Positions 50,246 through 63,579 are shown, counted from the first letter of the stretch. The stretch is 64,000 nucleotides of DNA from Octopus sinensis (GCF_006345805.1 NC_043022.1:4650001-4714000), one strand, 5' to 3'. Notes: a model not told the origin generated them from the letters alone. A program made the numbers and translations.

Positions 50246-50420
50246 ATATTATATATATACATATATACGACAGGCTTCTTTCAGTTTCTGTCTACCAAAT
50301 CCACTCACAAGGCTTTGGCCAGCCCAAGGCTACTGTAGAAGACACTTGTCCAAGGTGCCACACAGTGGGACTGAACCCGGAACCATGTGGTTGGTTAGCA
50401 AGCTACTTACCACGCAGCCA
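49546..50420 (-). mobile_element. Cluster of family-A SINEs (49546-49700, 49722-50104, 50262-50420)
   Basis: Reverse copies. Confidence 0.88.
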
Positions 50421-50542
50421 AGCTTGTGTCTATTGTTGAAATTGTTTTTATAAATAACTTTACATAAAAACAAACAATAATGTGTGAGTTTGCGTGAATG
50501 CTTTGCATGTATAGAGGTGTGTGTGTGTGTGTTTAATAGTAG

Positions 50543-50580
<38 letters not shown>

Positions 50581-50589
50581 AATAGTAGC

Positions 50590-50620
<31 letters not shown>

Positions 50621-50785
50621 ATAGTAGCTGTGTGTGTGTGTGTGTGTGTGTGTGTTGTGTGTGTGTGTGTGTTTAATAGTAGCTGTGTGTGTGTGTGTGT
50701 GTGTGTATTGATAGATTGCATCACTGACCGAATTTAACGAATATCAATGTAGCGCATCATTTTAATTGAAGAGTCTTTAAAATAG

Positions 50786-50826
<41 letters not shown>

Positions 50827-51570
50827 GACTTTAATGGAGAGTAAGGGTGATCGTGGGAAGAGGTGACAGATGTGGTGTGTAGGGGGTAGGGGTAGGTGGT
50901 GCGAGGGGTTACAGGTTGTAATGGCAGAGGTAGTAGTGGTGTATAGCATGCATGTATGGGTGGCAGTGTGTGTGGATGATGGTGCGTGTGTATTGCAGTG
51001 TGTGTGTGTGTGTGTGTATGGCAGTGTGTGTGTGTGTGTGGTGTGTGTATTGCAGTGTGTGTGTATGTGTGTGTATGGCAGTGTGTGTGTGTTTATGGCA
51101 GTGTGTGTGTGTGTATGGCAGTGTGTGTGTGTGTGTATGGCAGTGTGTGTGTGTATATGGCAGTGTGTGTGTGTGTATTGTAGTGTGTGTGTGTGTATGG
51201 CAGTGTGTGTGTGTGTGTGTGTGTGTATGGCTATGCATGCATGGCAGTGTGAGTGTAATAGTGTGTGTGTAGGGGAAGTATTGTACGCATGATAATGTGT
51301 GTGTGTGTGTGTGTGACAGAATGGTGTGACAGTGTGTGACAGTGTATACGTGACACAACTCCAGCCCATTTCAGTCGAAATTCCTGACAGGAATATAAGT
51401 TCTCAGGAATGTTTGGTGGATTCTTGATTAATGAGGTGACGTGGTTCACATCAATGAAATCTCAAAGCTTTGAGATAATCCATGATTAATTGAAAACAAT
51501 GTGATTAAATAAGGATTACATTTGTCAGAATAATTTGGACGCTAAAGAGTTAATGTTAATGGTATATATG

Positions 51571-51950
51571 GAAGCACTCCGTCGGTTACGACGACGAGGG
51601 TTCCGGTTGATCCGATCAACGGAACAGCCTGCTCGTGAAATTAACGTGTAAGTGGCTGAGCACTCCACAGACACGTGTACCCTTAACATAGTTCTCGGGG
51701 AGATTCAGCGTGACACAGAGAGTGACAAGGCCGGCCCTTTGAAATACAGGTACAACAGAAACAGGAAGTAAGAGTGAGAAAAAGTTGTGGTGAAAAAGTA
51801 CAGCAGGGATCACCACCATCCCCTGCCGGAGCCTCGTGGAGCTTTAGGTGTTTTCGCTCAATAAACACTCACAACGCCCGGTCTGGGAATCGAAACTGCG
51901 ATCCTATGACCGCGAGTCCGCTGCCCTAACCACTGCACCATTGCGCCTCC
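51571..51950 (-). mobile_element. SINE family D, TSD AATGGTATATAT
   Basis: Reverse match to 13032-13420; 12-bp direct repeat at 51558-51569 and 51951-51962. Confidence 0.92.
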
Positions 51951-52403
51951 AATGGTATATATATATCCATAATGTATACACATATTAAATATTTGACCTG
52001 TTTTATGTGCAGAGTGGCCAAGGCTGGCCTCTTACACCTACCCTACAATGTCCTTCTAAAAGTAAACAATCCCATCATTGAAATCTCAAATTTTCCTTTC
52101 CTAAAACTTTGGTTAGGGCTCAAGTCTTATGAGTGGAAATTTGATGAGTGGAAACTGTACTGAAACCGTATGAGTACCTGGAATTCAAAATCCCATCCAC
52201 CTTACCATCTGCTGAGTGTTGTACCAACTCTGCTTAAGGAGTACATTAAATGTTCACATGTCTATGAAATACTCAGCCACTAAAAATGTCAATTCCATAG
52301 ACAGGTAGTTCAGTTGGTCAAACAACTGAATAGACTTAGGTCTTCTATGAGTTCCAGGGCTCATAAGGACCAAGCTCAACCTTCTGCCTGTCATTTGTCT
52401 GTT

Positions 52404-52836
52404 CTTGGTCTCAAGCATTTGTCTTATGAAGAAAGGCTGAAGACGCTCAACCTTTATTCTCTAGAAAAACGCAGACGCCGTGGTGATCTCATTCTTGCTC
52501 ACAACATCATAAGCGGAAAGTGTAACGTCTTGAAAGAGCTGTTCATCACTCCTGCTCCAGAGCGTCGGCTGCGGGGTCACTCCGAAAAGCTCTATCTGCA
52601 ACGATTTCATCTCAATCGAAGGAGAGGGGCTTTCTCCGTCCAGGTTGCGGATCCATGGAATAATCTACCGCACGAGATAGTGAAGATGCCAACGACCGCT
52701 CGGTTCAAAGTCTCTCTTGACCAGAAATGTCCTGAACTCTTTGCATGAACACCACCCTGTAAATAACTCCATGTCCCCCTACATGGCCTTGCTTTTTGCT
52801 TTTTGAGCCCCAAAATTAACTTAACTTAACTTAACT
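52404..52836 (+). mobile_element. CR1-type LINE 3' end with (TAACT)n tail
   Basis: LSYEERLKTLNLYSLEKRRRRGDLI...LRGHSEKL...FSVQVADPWNNLP...FKVSLD; stop at 52748. Confidence 0.92.
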
Positions 52837-52849
52837 ATTTCTTTTTTTA

Positions 52850-54320
52850 TATGATACCCAGGACAAGTTTCCCTGGTCTTCCTGCATCATATGTGATACA
52901 CATTCCCAGCCGTTATCTTATTTTTTCAACCCCAAAAGCAATTTGGGACTTAAGAAAGGAAAGCCTTATATTATACAAAACGTATGAAATAAGGACTAAC
53001 TAAAAGTCTGAAAACAAACATGGATGTTTAGGAGAAACTTATGAAAGCTTCAGACAGGCAAAGGGTTAACTCATTCTAGGGAGTCACTCAGTGTCTGTTA
53101 CTCTCCTTAATGCCTTGCTTGCACTTTCTTTTCACATGTGGCACACAGGACATGCTTCCCTGGCATCCATGCATCATATAGGATACACCATCATCCTTAC
53201 CATCATTTAACGTCCGTTGTCCATGCTGGCATGGGTTGGATGGTTGACCAGGGCTGGCAAGCTGGAAAGCTGCACCAGACTCCTGTCTGAATTGGCATGG
53301 TTTTCAATGGCTGGATGCCCTTCCTAATGCCAACCACTCTGAGAGTGTAATGGGTGCTTTTACATGCCACCGGCACGGGTGCCATTTACGTGACACCAGT
53401 ATCTGCCATGACTGCGATTTTACTTGACTTGAAGGGGTCTTCTTCTCAAACACGACATAATGCCAAAGATCTCAGTCGTTGAGAGGAACTCGGTCACTAT
53501 GCCTCCATGAGGCCCTTATATATCTCCAATCTTTTCCCAACAAACCAGAATAACTTTGGATTTATGAAAGGAAAGGTTTATATTACTCAAAATGTATAAA
53601 ACAAGGGTTAACTAAATGTCTGAAAATGAGCATGGACGTGTAGGAAATGTTTTGGACAGATAAAAGTTTAATTCATACTATAGACTTTGAGTCACTCTGT
53701 TAGACTCCTTTACTCACATTATGGAGTTTGAGTCCCTCAATATCTGTTACTCTCTTTAACCTTTCACCTCTCCTTTCCTTTCACATGTGATACACAGGAC
53801 ATATTCCCCTGGCATCCATGTACCATAATATGATACACATTCCCAATTATTTTCAGCCACCAGACTAACTTGGGATGTAAATAAAGGGATGCTTTATATT
53901 ACTGAGAACATATGAAACAAGGGCTAACAAAAAACCTGAAAACAAGCATGGATGTTTAGGGAAAATTTGGGAAAATGGCTTGGACTGGCAAAGGGTTAAC
54001 TCACACTATGGAATTTGAGTCACTCACTTGAGTAACTTATGCTATGGAGCTCGAGTCACTCAATATCTGTTACTCTCCTTAAACCCCTTTGCCTGTCCTT
54101 TCTTATCACATGATCCTCAGGACATATTTCCCTAGGGTCCCTGGCATCATATCTGATACACATTCCCAATTATTTTTTCTCAACCTCCAGAGTAACTTAG
54201 GACTTGGGAAAGTTTTATATTGCACAGAACCCATGAAACAAGGGCTAACTAAAAACCTGGAAACAAGCATGGATGTTTAGGGGAAACTTAGAGAAATGAT
54301 TTGGACAGGCAAAGGGTCAA
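52850..54320. repeat. Old tandem array, about four 290-325-bp units, interrupted by family C (53201-53515, minus)
   Basis: Anchor GATACAC near 52895, 53182, 53832 and 54155; other shared blocks (GCATGGATGTTTAGG, GCAAAGGGTTAACTCA). Confidence 0.85.
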
Positions 54321-54882
54321 CCTCGTCTCCATAGTGTTTAAGTTATTGAGAGTACAAGACTCCCTTCCTAAATAAGACACTGGTCCACTGCAGATTTAAC
54401 TTCCCAGCAAACAACTGACCACACATTGTCAAGACAGACAAATCTGGTTCCAGCCATTAATTTCACCAGAAGCAGGCAATGAAACTGCCAAACTGCACCA
54501 GCGTTAAATACACAAAGCTGTGGGCCAAAATTTAACAAAGGTCATGATCCAGTGGTTCCTGACCTTGGTTCATCAGGGATCACAATGTTCGTTAAGGATA
54601 TCACAGAACAACAGGAATTTTGGATGAAACACTGTTAAATCTGTTTCATATTTCGGTTTCATTTTCTTCCTCTGTTGGTGCTGCTGTTGTTGTTGTTGTT
54701 GTTGTCATTGTTGTTCCCAACTGCTGTTTCTACCGGCAACCAATTTATCAACAAAGATTCCGATATTCCAAAATATGCAGTTTTACAACGGAATAACACC
54801 AAAAGCAATTCTCTTGGAGATCAAAGACTCTCTGCTGATTGTAAGATCTATCTGCCTTTGTTTCTTTTCCTTTTTTCCTTTT

Positions 54883-55658
54883 CCTTTTACTTGTTTCAGT
54901 CATTTGACTGCGGCCATGCTGGAGCACCACCTTTAGTCGAGCAAATCGACCCCGGGACTTATTCTTTGTAAGCCCAGTACTTATTCTATCGGTTTCTTTT
55001 GCCGAGCCGCTAAGTGACGGGGACGTAAACACACCAGCATCAGTTGTCAAGCAATGCTAGGGGGACAAACACACAAACACACACATATATATATATATAT
55101 ATACACGACAGGCTTCTTTCAGTTTCCGTCTACCAAATCCACTCACAAGGCATTGGTCGGCCCGGGGCTATAGCAGAAGACACTTGCCCAAGATGCCACG
55201 CAGTGGGACTGAACCCGGAACCATGTGGCTGGTTAGCAAGCTACTTACCACACAGCCACTCCTGCGCCTATGCATATAAGAACAAAATACTGTGCAGGCG
55301 TGGCTGTGTGGTAAGTAGCTTGCTAACCAGCCACATGGTTCTGGGTTCAGTCCCACTGTGTGGCACCTTGAGCAAGTGTCTTCTACTATAGCCTCTAGCC
55401 GATCAAAGTATTGTGAGTGTATTTGGTAGACAGAAACTGAAAGAAGCCCATCGTATGTGTGTGTGTGTGCGCGTGCATGCATGTGTGTTTGTCCCTCCAC
55501 CATCACTTGACAACCAAAGCTGGTGTGTCTACGTCCCAGTAACTTAGCGGTCCAGCAAAAGAGACTGATAGAATAAGTCCTGGGGTCGATTTATTCGACT
55601 AAAGACGGTGCTCCAGCATGGCCACAGTCAAATGACCTAAATAAATAAAAGAATAAAT
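54883..55658. mobile_element. Head-to-head inverted pair of family-A SINEs (54883-55268 minus; 55292-55658 plus)
   Basis: 23-bp gap between the heads. Confidence 0.9.
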
Positions 55659-56036
55659 CAAAAAAGGAATATTAACAAAAGATACCTTGGAAGTCACTTA
55701 AAGCTATGTGCCACCATTATGGCTACGTCCACCTTGTCCTCTTTGGCAATAGTGACCCAAAAGAAAATGGTTCCATTAGCTTCTGGCAAAATGCTGAGAA
55801 GAAGCAAATACGAAGAATGTAAAATAAAATTTGGTGTGTAATTTTTGGCTGAATCGGTACCTCTGTGGGTGTTTTGGTAACAAAATCTGGTTACATGAAA
55901 TTTATTGACATTCATAGCTTATTCAAACTAATTAGTAGTAATTTAAGACTGATTAATACTAAATTGATTGCAACTAATTAATAGTGGAGTTGTTTTGTAT
56001 AGATTGAAAATATCAATGCTGGGACAGCAAATATTG

Positions 56037-56039
<3 letters not shown>

Positions 56040-56067
<28 letters not shown>

Positions 56068-56099
56068 AGTGTGAGAGAGAGTTTGTGTGTGTGTGTCTG

Positions 56100-56131
<32 letters not shown>

Positions 56132-56252
56132 TTTGTGTGTGTGTGTGTGTGTGAGAGAGAGTTTGTGTGTGTGTGTGTGTGAGAGAGAGTTTGTGTGTGT
56201 GTGTGTGAGAGAGAGAGTTTGTGTGTGTGTGTGTGTGTGAGAGAGAGAGTTT

Positions 56253-56283
<31 letters not shown>

Positions 56284-56398
56284 TTGTGTGTGTGTGTGTG
56301 TGTGTGTGAGAGAAAGAGAGTTTGTGTGTGGTGTGTGTGTGTGAGAGAGAGAGTTTGTGTGTGTGTGTGTGTGTGTATACCTGCATACATAAAATCAA

Positions 56399-56440
<42 letters not shown>

Positions 56441-56593
56441 GCGCATACATTCAAATACACATCTACAGACATGCATAAAAACATATTCTCATACACACAC
56501 ACATCACCAGAATGCACATACACCAGCAATTATATATACACCAATATAACTGGAATACACATGTAAACATATATACATATATATATATACACT

Positions 56594-56624
<31 letters not shown>

Positions 56625-56870
56625 GTGTATATCTATACACATGTATGTATAGCTATACACACACATGTATGCATACACATACTAATACACATATTCAACA
56701 GGAATGCACACACACACACATATACACACATGTACACATACATATAACAAAAATGCTCATATACACACACACACACACACACATAGCAACAAGCTTACAT
56801 ACATATACACATGCACATAATCACAAACACGTACACACACATACATGCACACACACAAACACATATTGAC
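56040..56870. repeat. (TG)n(AG)nTTT higher-order microsatellite and (CA/TA)n tract
   Basis: Direct inspection. Confidence 0.95.
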
Positions 56871-56879
56871 CAATTCCAG

Positions 56880-57925
56880 TATTTATTGATTCTTAGGTCT
56901 GAACTAACACAAAAAAAAAAAAAAAAATCGATTTCTGCAAAGACTAAGAACATTTATTCCAACCATCTACCGTGCGATGTTGTGCCATTCAAGCCTTTCC
57001 GAAGAACCATTCAGAGAGCAAACCGCTGTTGAAGTGCTGAAATAATGAAGATCTTTTTAAAACGAGATTACTCGTTTCATACCAACACCCCCGTCGCCGC
57101 CACCACTCCACCCGCCTACGCCACTGATTCCAATAAAAGGTCACCCATCTGGAAACGTGTTATCTTTGATGGAAGATTCGATTAGATGTTTGTAGAATTT
57201 GTGTAGGAAATCTAATTTTGGATGGATTTTTTTCCTTTTTTTTTTCTTCTTTTTTTGGTTTTTTTTTTTTGATTATGGTGGAGAAGAAAATTTCTTCTTG
57301 GAGAGATTGGAAAAAGGAAATTAGAAAAATAAAAACAAAAAACAGAAAAAGAAAAGAAAAAACACGAAAACAAATAAAAAGAAAAAAAATTTTTTTTAAA
57401 GTTTTATAAAACAATAGCAAAAAAAAAAAAACAAGACCAAATCAACAACAAAACAAAAATCAAACAAAAAAAAAAAGCAGAATCTTTGTTAGGAAATCAA
57501 AACCTGTTTTAAAGTCAGCTCCGTTTTAATTATCTAATCTTGCAGTAGAGCCATAGAGGCTACGTTAACGAAGGAACGGTGGTGATGGCGTCGGTGGAAG
57601 AGGAGAAGTCTTGGAGCTGGTAGAAGTGCATCGTTATTGTCCTGGTGTTGCTGTTGCTATTGTTGTTGTTGTTGTGGTTATTCTGAAGAATTCCTTTTGC
57701 TTGGCAAATTTTAAGAAAGTCTATTTATTATTTCTGCTATATGGCTTCAATAACCACTCGATTCTTTCGAGGTTTCCCTCCACCCCCACAACCACCACCA
57801 TGACCACCACCACCCACCCACACATCCCTCTATTCAAGAAACAATGCTTGTTTTTGTTTTTTGTCTGTTGGATAGACATGAAATACAGATGTCGAATGGA
57901 GAGACAGACACCGTGGAAAGGATGA
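56880..57925. other. Non-repetitive island, possible terminal exon or UTR
   Basis: About 1 kb unique sequence with poly-T/poly-A runs; minus-strand AATAAA at about 56882-56887. Confidence 0.35.
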
Positions 57926-57931
57926 TTGCCA

Positions 57932-58125
57932 ACATACATGTTGCATGTACATACACAAATATACATGTTGCATGTACATACACAAATATACATGTTGCAT
58001 GTACATACACAAATATACATGTTGCATGTACATACACAAATATACATGTTGCATGTACATACACAAATATACATGTTGCATGTACATACACAAATATACA
58101 TGTTGCATGTACATACACAAATATA
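57932..58125. repeat. 27-bp minisatellite x7
   Basis: ATATACATGTTGCATGTACATACACAA units. Confidence 0.97.
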
Positions 58126-58191
58126 TATGCACACACATATTCAGTATGTAGGTGTCTAGAGTATAAATGTTCGCTGGATAGATAGACATAA

Positions 58192-58672
58192 GTTGTAGAT
58201 GTTGACTGGACAGATTGACACAGTGTGTAGATGTTGACTGGACAGATTGACACTGCTGTGTAGATGTTGACTGGAGAGATTGACACGCTGTGTAGATGTT
58301 AACTGGACAGATTGACACAGTGTGTAGATGTTGACTGGACAGATAGACACAGTGTGTAGTGTGTAGATGTTGACTGGACAGATAGACACAGTGTGTAGAT
58401 GTTGACTGGACAGATTGACACGCTGTGTAGATGTTGACTGGACAGATTGACACGCTGTGAAGATGTTGACTGGACAGATTGACATGCTGTGTAGATGTTG
58501 ACTGGACAGATTGACACACTGTAGATGTTAACAGGACAGTTTGACACGCTGTGTAGATGTTGACTGGACAGATTGACATGCTGTGTAGATGTTGACTGGA
58601 CAGATTGACACGCTGTGTAGATGTTGACTGGACATATGGACACACTGTGTAGAAGTTGACTGGTCAGATTTA
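58192..58672. repeat. 32-bp minisatellite, about 15 copies
   Basis: GTGTAGATGTTGACTGGACAGATTGACACGCT units. Confidence 0.95.
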
Positions 58673-58838
58673 CACAGGGAGGTATGTGGGTAGGTAAGTA
58701 GGTAGGTTGGTAGGGAGGTAGATAGGCAAGCAGGCAGACAGAGAGATACATGGACGAAACAGACAGGACAGATATACAGATAGACAGATGGATAGATAAA
58801 TGAAACAGGCAGGACAAACAGACAGACAGATGCATGGA

Positions 58839-58877
<39 letters not shown>

Positions 58878-59776
58878 TTGATAGACTGACAGGCAGATGC
58901 ATAGATAGATAGATGCGTAGATAAAAAGACAAGGTACATCAATAGTTAGATAGATAAATAGATGCATGGATGGATGACCAAAACAGATGGATGGCTACAT
59001 TCACACACACACAGAAGAGCTAACCTTTTAATATCGTTTCTTAAACAATTTCCAATCATTTCCTCTTCTCGTATGGCTAATCAATAATCAATACTGAACC
59101 AATTTCTCCTTCATTTCAGTATTTCTTTCCCTCTTTTTTCTTTTCCCTTTTTTCTCAGTTACAACCCTTATTGCTCCCCATCGGCATCTATTCTGCGGTT
59201 CCTCAAGTTAATGTTTGGGAAATTTTCCTCATAAGATTTTGGTCAAGGTAGAAGATACTTGTCCAATGGTAGAAGACATGATCCAAGAAGTGCCATACAC
59301 ACACACTGGGATTGAACCGAAATCCATGTGGTTGGGAAGCCAACTTCTAAACCACATGACCATACTTGTGCTCACTACAACCTTCGTTAAGGACTGTGAC
59401 TGATTAAATTCCTCAGCACCATTCCACCAAAGTTCAATCATGACAGATAGATGGGACACACAGACAGACAGACACATGATGGACAGATAAAGAGATAGAC
59501 AGACAGACAGACACATGATGGACAGATAGAGAGATAGACAGATAGACAGACAGACAGACACATGATGGACAGATAGAGAGATCGACAGACAGACAGACTG
59601 ACACATGATGGACAGATAGAGAGATCGACAGACAGACAGACAGACACATGATGGACAGATAGAGAGATAGACAGACAGACAGATAGATAGAGACAGATGG
59701 ATAGATGGATAGATTAATAGATTGATAGATAAAGAAACAGATGGATATATAGACAGATGGACAGACAGATATATTA

Positions 59777-60201
59777 ATTTCTTTACTAACCACAAGGGGC
59801 TAAACACAGAGGGGACAGACAAACGGATTAAGTCGATTATATTGACCCCAGCGTGTAACTGGTATGTCGGGCAAAATGCTTAGCGGTATTTCGTCTGCCG
59901 TTACGTTCTGAGATCAAATTCCGCCGAGGTCGACTTTACCTTTCATCCTTTCGGGGTCAATAAATTAAGTACCAGTTACACTCCGGGGTCGATGTAATCA
60001 ACTTAATACCTATGTCTGACCTGGTTTGTCCCCTCTATGTTTAGCCCCTTGTGGGTAATAAAGAAATAGGTACTTATTTAATCGACCCCGAAAGGATGAA
60101 AGGCAAAGCCGACCTCGGCGGAATTTGAACTCAGAACGTAACGGCAGACGAAATACAGCTACGCATTTCGCCCGGCGTGCTAACGGTTCTGCCAGCTCGC
60201 C
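59777..60201. mobile_element. Family-B SINE (plus, 59865-60068) nested in an opposite-strand family-B SINE
   Basis: Host halves 59777-59864 and 60069-60201; GGTA duplicated at both junctions. Confidence 0.9.
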
Positions 60202-60483
60202 GACAGACAGATATATTGATGGACAGACATTCAGACAGATTGATAGACAAATAAACTGCGAGCCAGATAGACAGACAGATTGATTATTAAGGGAGTGGAA
60301 TGTCCAAAACAGTAAAGTATCAAACCAAAATATATGGGTGTCATGAGTTACCTCCTCCTTCTACTTCTGAGTTCAAATTCGGACAAGGCTTGCCTTTTGC
60401 TTTCATATTTCCAAGGTCAATCATAAAATAATTTGTAGGTAAGTGTTATGATTAATGGCCATCGACCACGAAACCCCCCACCC

Positions 60484-61316
60484 CACCACCACCACCACCA
60501 CCACCACCACTAATTTGTGGCTTCAGGCCAATGCGAGAATTCATTACTTCAGGAAAAGCCAATATAATTATCATCATCACCATCACCATCACCATCATCA
60601 TCTTCACCATCGTCATCGCCATTATCATCATCATCGTTGTTGTTGTCATCATCATCTTCGTCATCATCATCATTATTATCGGTGTTGTCATCATCATCAT
60701 CATCACCATCATCATCATCATCTTCACCATCGTCATCACCATCATCATCATCTTTGTCATCATCATCATAATTTTCATCTTCGTCATCATCATCATTATT
60801 ATCGTTGTTGTCATCATCGTCATCATCATCAGTTAACATCTGTTTTCCATGCTGGCATGGGTTGTAAAGTTTAACTGGGAGCTCGTAAGACCAGGAGTCA
60901 TACCAGGCTCCAACTGCCTGGCATGGTCTCTAGGGCTGGATGCCCTTCCTAATGCCAACCTCTTTGCAAAGTGTGTAACCAAGTGCTTTTTATGTGGCAC
61001 TAGCAATGCGTGCTTTTTGGGGTAGTGCTGGCAACTGTGTGGTACCAGCATGGAACCAGATCAATAATGATTGTCGCCGCTGCCGCCGCCACCACCACCA
61101 CCACCACCACCACCACACCACCACCACCACCACCACTAATTGTGGCTTCAGGCCAATGCGAGAATTCATTACTTCAGGAAAAGCCAATATAATTATCATC
61201 ATCACCATCACCATCACCATCATCATCTTCACCATCGTCATCGCCATTATCATCATCATCGTTGTTGTTGTCATCATCATCTCGTCATCATCATCATTAT
61301 TATCGGTGTTGTCATC

Positions 61317-61348
<32 letters not shown>

Positions 61349-61750
61349 CTTCACCATCGTCATCACCATCATCATCATCTTCATCATCATCATCATAATT
61401 TTCATCTTCGTCATCATCATCATTATTATCGTTGTTGTCATCATCGTCATCATCATCATTTAACATCTGTTTTCCATGCTGGCATGGGTTGTAAAGTTTA
61501 ACTGGGAGCTCATAAGACCAGGAGTCATAACAGTCTCCAACTGCCTGGCATGGTCTCTAGGGCTGGATGCCCTTCCTAATGCCAACCTCTTTGCAGAGTG
61601 TGTAACCAAGTGCTTTTTATGTGGCACTAGCAATGCGTGCTTTTTGGGGTAGTGCTGGCAACTGTGTGGTACCAGCATGGAACCAGATCAATAATGATTG
61701 TCGCCGCTGCCGCCGCCACCACCACCACCACCACCACCACCACCACCACC
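60484..61750. repeat. Tandem duplication of a 625-bp unit containing a family C relic
   Basis: Constant 625-bp offset (60517/61142; 61051/61676); several substitutions between copies. Confidence 0.95.
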
Positions 61751-62304
61751 ATTAACTTCATCGTTTAACTTTCATTAAAATCATGGTTCAATCTTGGGTC
61801 CAGATGGTACATTGTATCTTTGAGCAAGGCACTTCACTTCACATCGCCCCAGTCTTAGTCGTAAACGGGTACCATCTCAGTGTTGGCTCCATTCTTCTCC
61901 CACTGACCATCCTTGTTCCACTGGGTCAAGAATGGGAGGGTCACAATGGCATCTACATCAGCTCATCATGACCACACAGGCACCTGCAACAATTAGTGAA
62001 AACATGGTACAATGCTACCCAACCAGACTCAATCACTATAGAAACAGCTGGCTTTACATAGTATAGTACTATTATGCTATGAAACAATATTGTTGTTGTT
62101 TAGTTCCAGGTCAGCCCTAATTAAATAGACCCATGATCGAAGGCAATCCAAACATGACCATCTCGGCGTTTTGCATATCTAAATGTATATTTACCAGGGA
62201 TGACTTGAGGAAACTTGGCTGCTATTTATAGCAAATCAAAGGATCTCATAGAGGCTCTCCTTCTAGTAGCACTACCATACTAGTAATATAGCACTACCAT
62301 ACTA

Positions 62305-63579
62305 TGAGGTCATCCCATAAGTTCTGTCCGATTTTACCTTTTTTTTAAAAATTGAATGTATTTTAATAGTATTTTAGAATGACTAATGGAATTAAAAATT
62401 ATTCTTATGCATTTGTGTACATTTAAACTAATTGAATATTATTTTACAGAATAATAGTATTAAAATTTCTTTGATTAAAACCCTTTCTCACATGGAAGTA
62501 TCCAAAGAGCATTTGAAGCACATAATGTTTTATGAGTACAAAAAAGGAAACTCTGCAGCCAAAGCGACTCAAAACCCTACACTCAGCTTATGGGAAAGAA
62601 TGCTTGAATGAAAGAACTTGCAGAAGATGGTTTGCAAAATTCAGAAGAGGAGATTTCAGCCTTGAAGATGAAGATTGAACAGGACGTTCAGTTGAGTTTG
62701 ATGATAAGCTCCTTGAGGCATTACTTGAAGAAAATCCTGCATTATCAGTTGAAGAATTGGCAATAAAGCTTAGTTCAAACCACACAACTGTTCATTATCA
62801 TCTTCAACAACTTGGAAAGATTCCTAAACTTGGAATTGTCCGAAAGCAACCGCAAATCCTGAGTTGACATCTGCTCTTCTCTCCTTTCTCGCAAACTCAT
62901 TTCACCCTTTTTGGATAGACTTGTGACTGGTGATGCAAAATGGATCTTCTATTGAAATGTCAAATGTCGTAAAGAGTGGCTTGGTAAAAGGGAAAAAACT
63001 CAACCACAACCAAGAAGGGAATTTCATGGGAAAAAGGTTCTTCTCCGTATCTGGTGGGATTGCAAAGGAGTAATTCACTTTGAATTGTTATCACCTAATG
63101 CAACAATCAATGCTCAAGTCTACTGTCAGCAATTAGAGCGTTTGAACCAAGCTTTGAAGAAAAAAAGATCTGCTTTAGTGAATCAAAAAGGAGTGATATT
63201 CCATCAGGACAATGTGCGACCCCACACTGCAAAGATCACATCACAGAAGATCGAAGAGCTTGGTTGGGAAAAAATTCCTCATCCACCTTATTCTCCCGAC
63301 CTTGCTCCTTCAGACTACCATTTGTTTTGTAGTTTACAGAATCATTTGGGGGACATAACTTTCGCAAGCCAGGAGGAGGTCGAAACTGACATTTCAGAGT
63401 TCTTCGCTTTGAAACCAAAAGAGTTTTACATTGATGGGATTAAAAAGCTTATAAATAGATGGAAGGAAGTCATAGATAATCAGGGAAAATACATTGATGA
63501 TTAAATTTCAATTAAATATAACATTTGATCACTTGTTTTCTTTATTCAAAATTGAGACAGAACTTATAGGATGACCTGA
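62305..63579 (+). mobile_element. Near full-length mariner (DD34D) transposon, 1275 bp
   Basis: About 30-bp TIRs TGAGGTCATCCCATAAGTTCTGTC, TA on both flanks. Confidence 0.95.
62492..63504 (+). pseudogene. Inactivated mariner transposase
   Basis: MEVSKEHLKH..., VTGDAKW, HQDN-34 aa-D in HPPYSPDLAPSDYHLF; frameshifts, stops and loss of the WVPH part of WVPHEL. Confidence 0.93.

Noticed and set aside
50533-50700. CRISPR-like repeat-spacer look
   Set aside because: Spacers are only (TG)n; eukaryotic context; no cas genes.
54675-54840. Signal-peptide ORF from TTG 54675
   Set aside because: No in-frame ATG before an upstream stop; the Leu run is (TTG)n.
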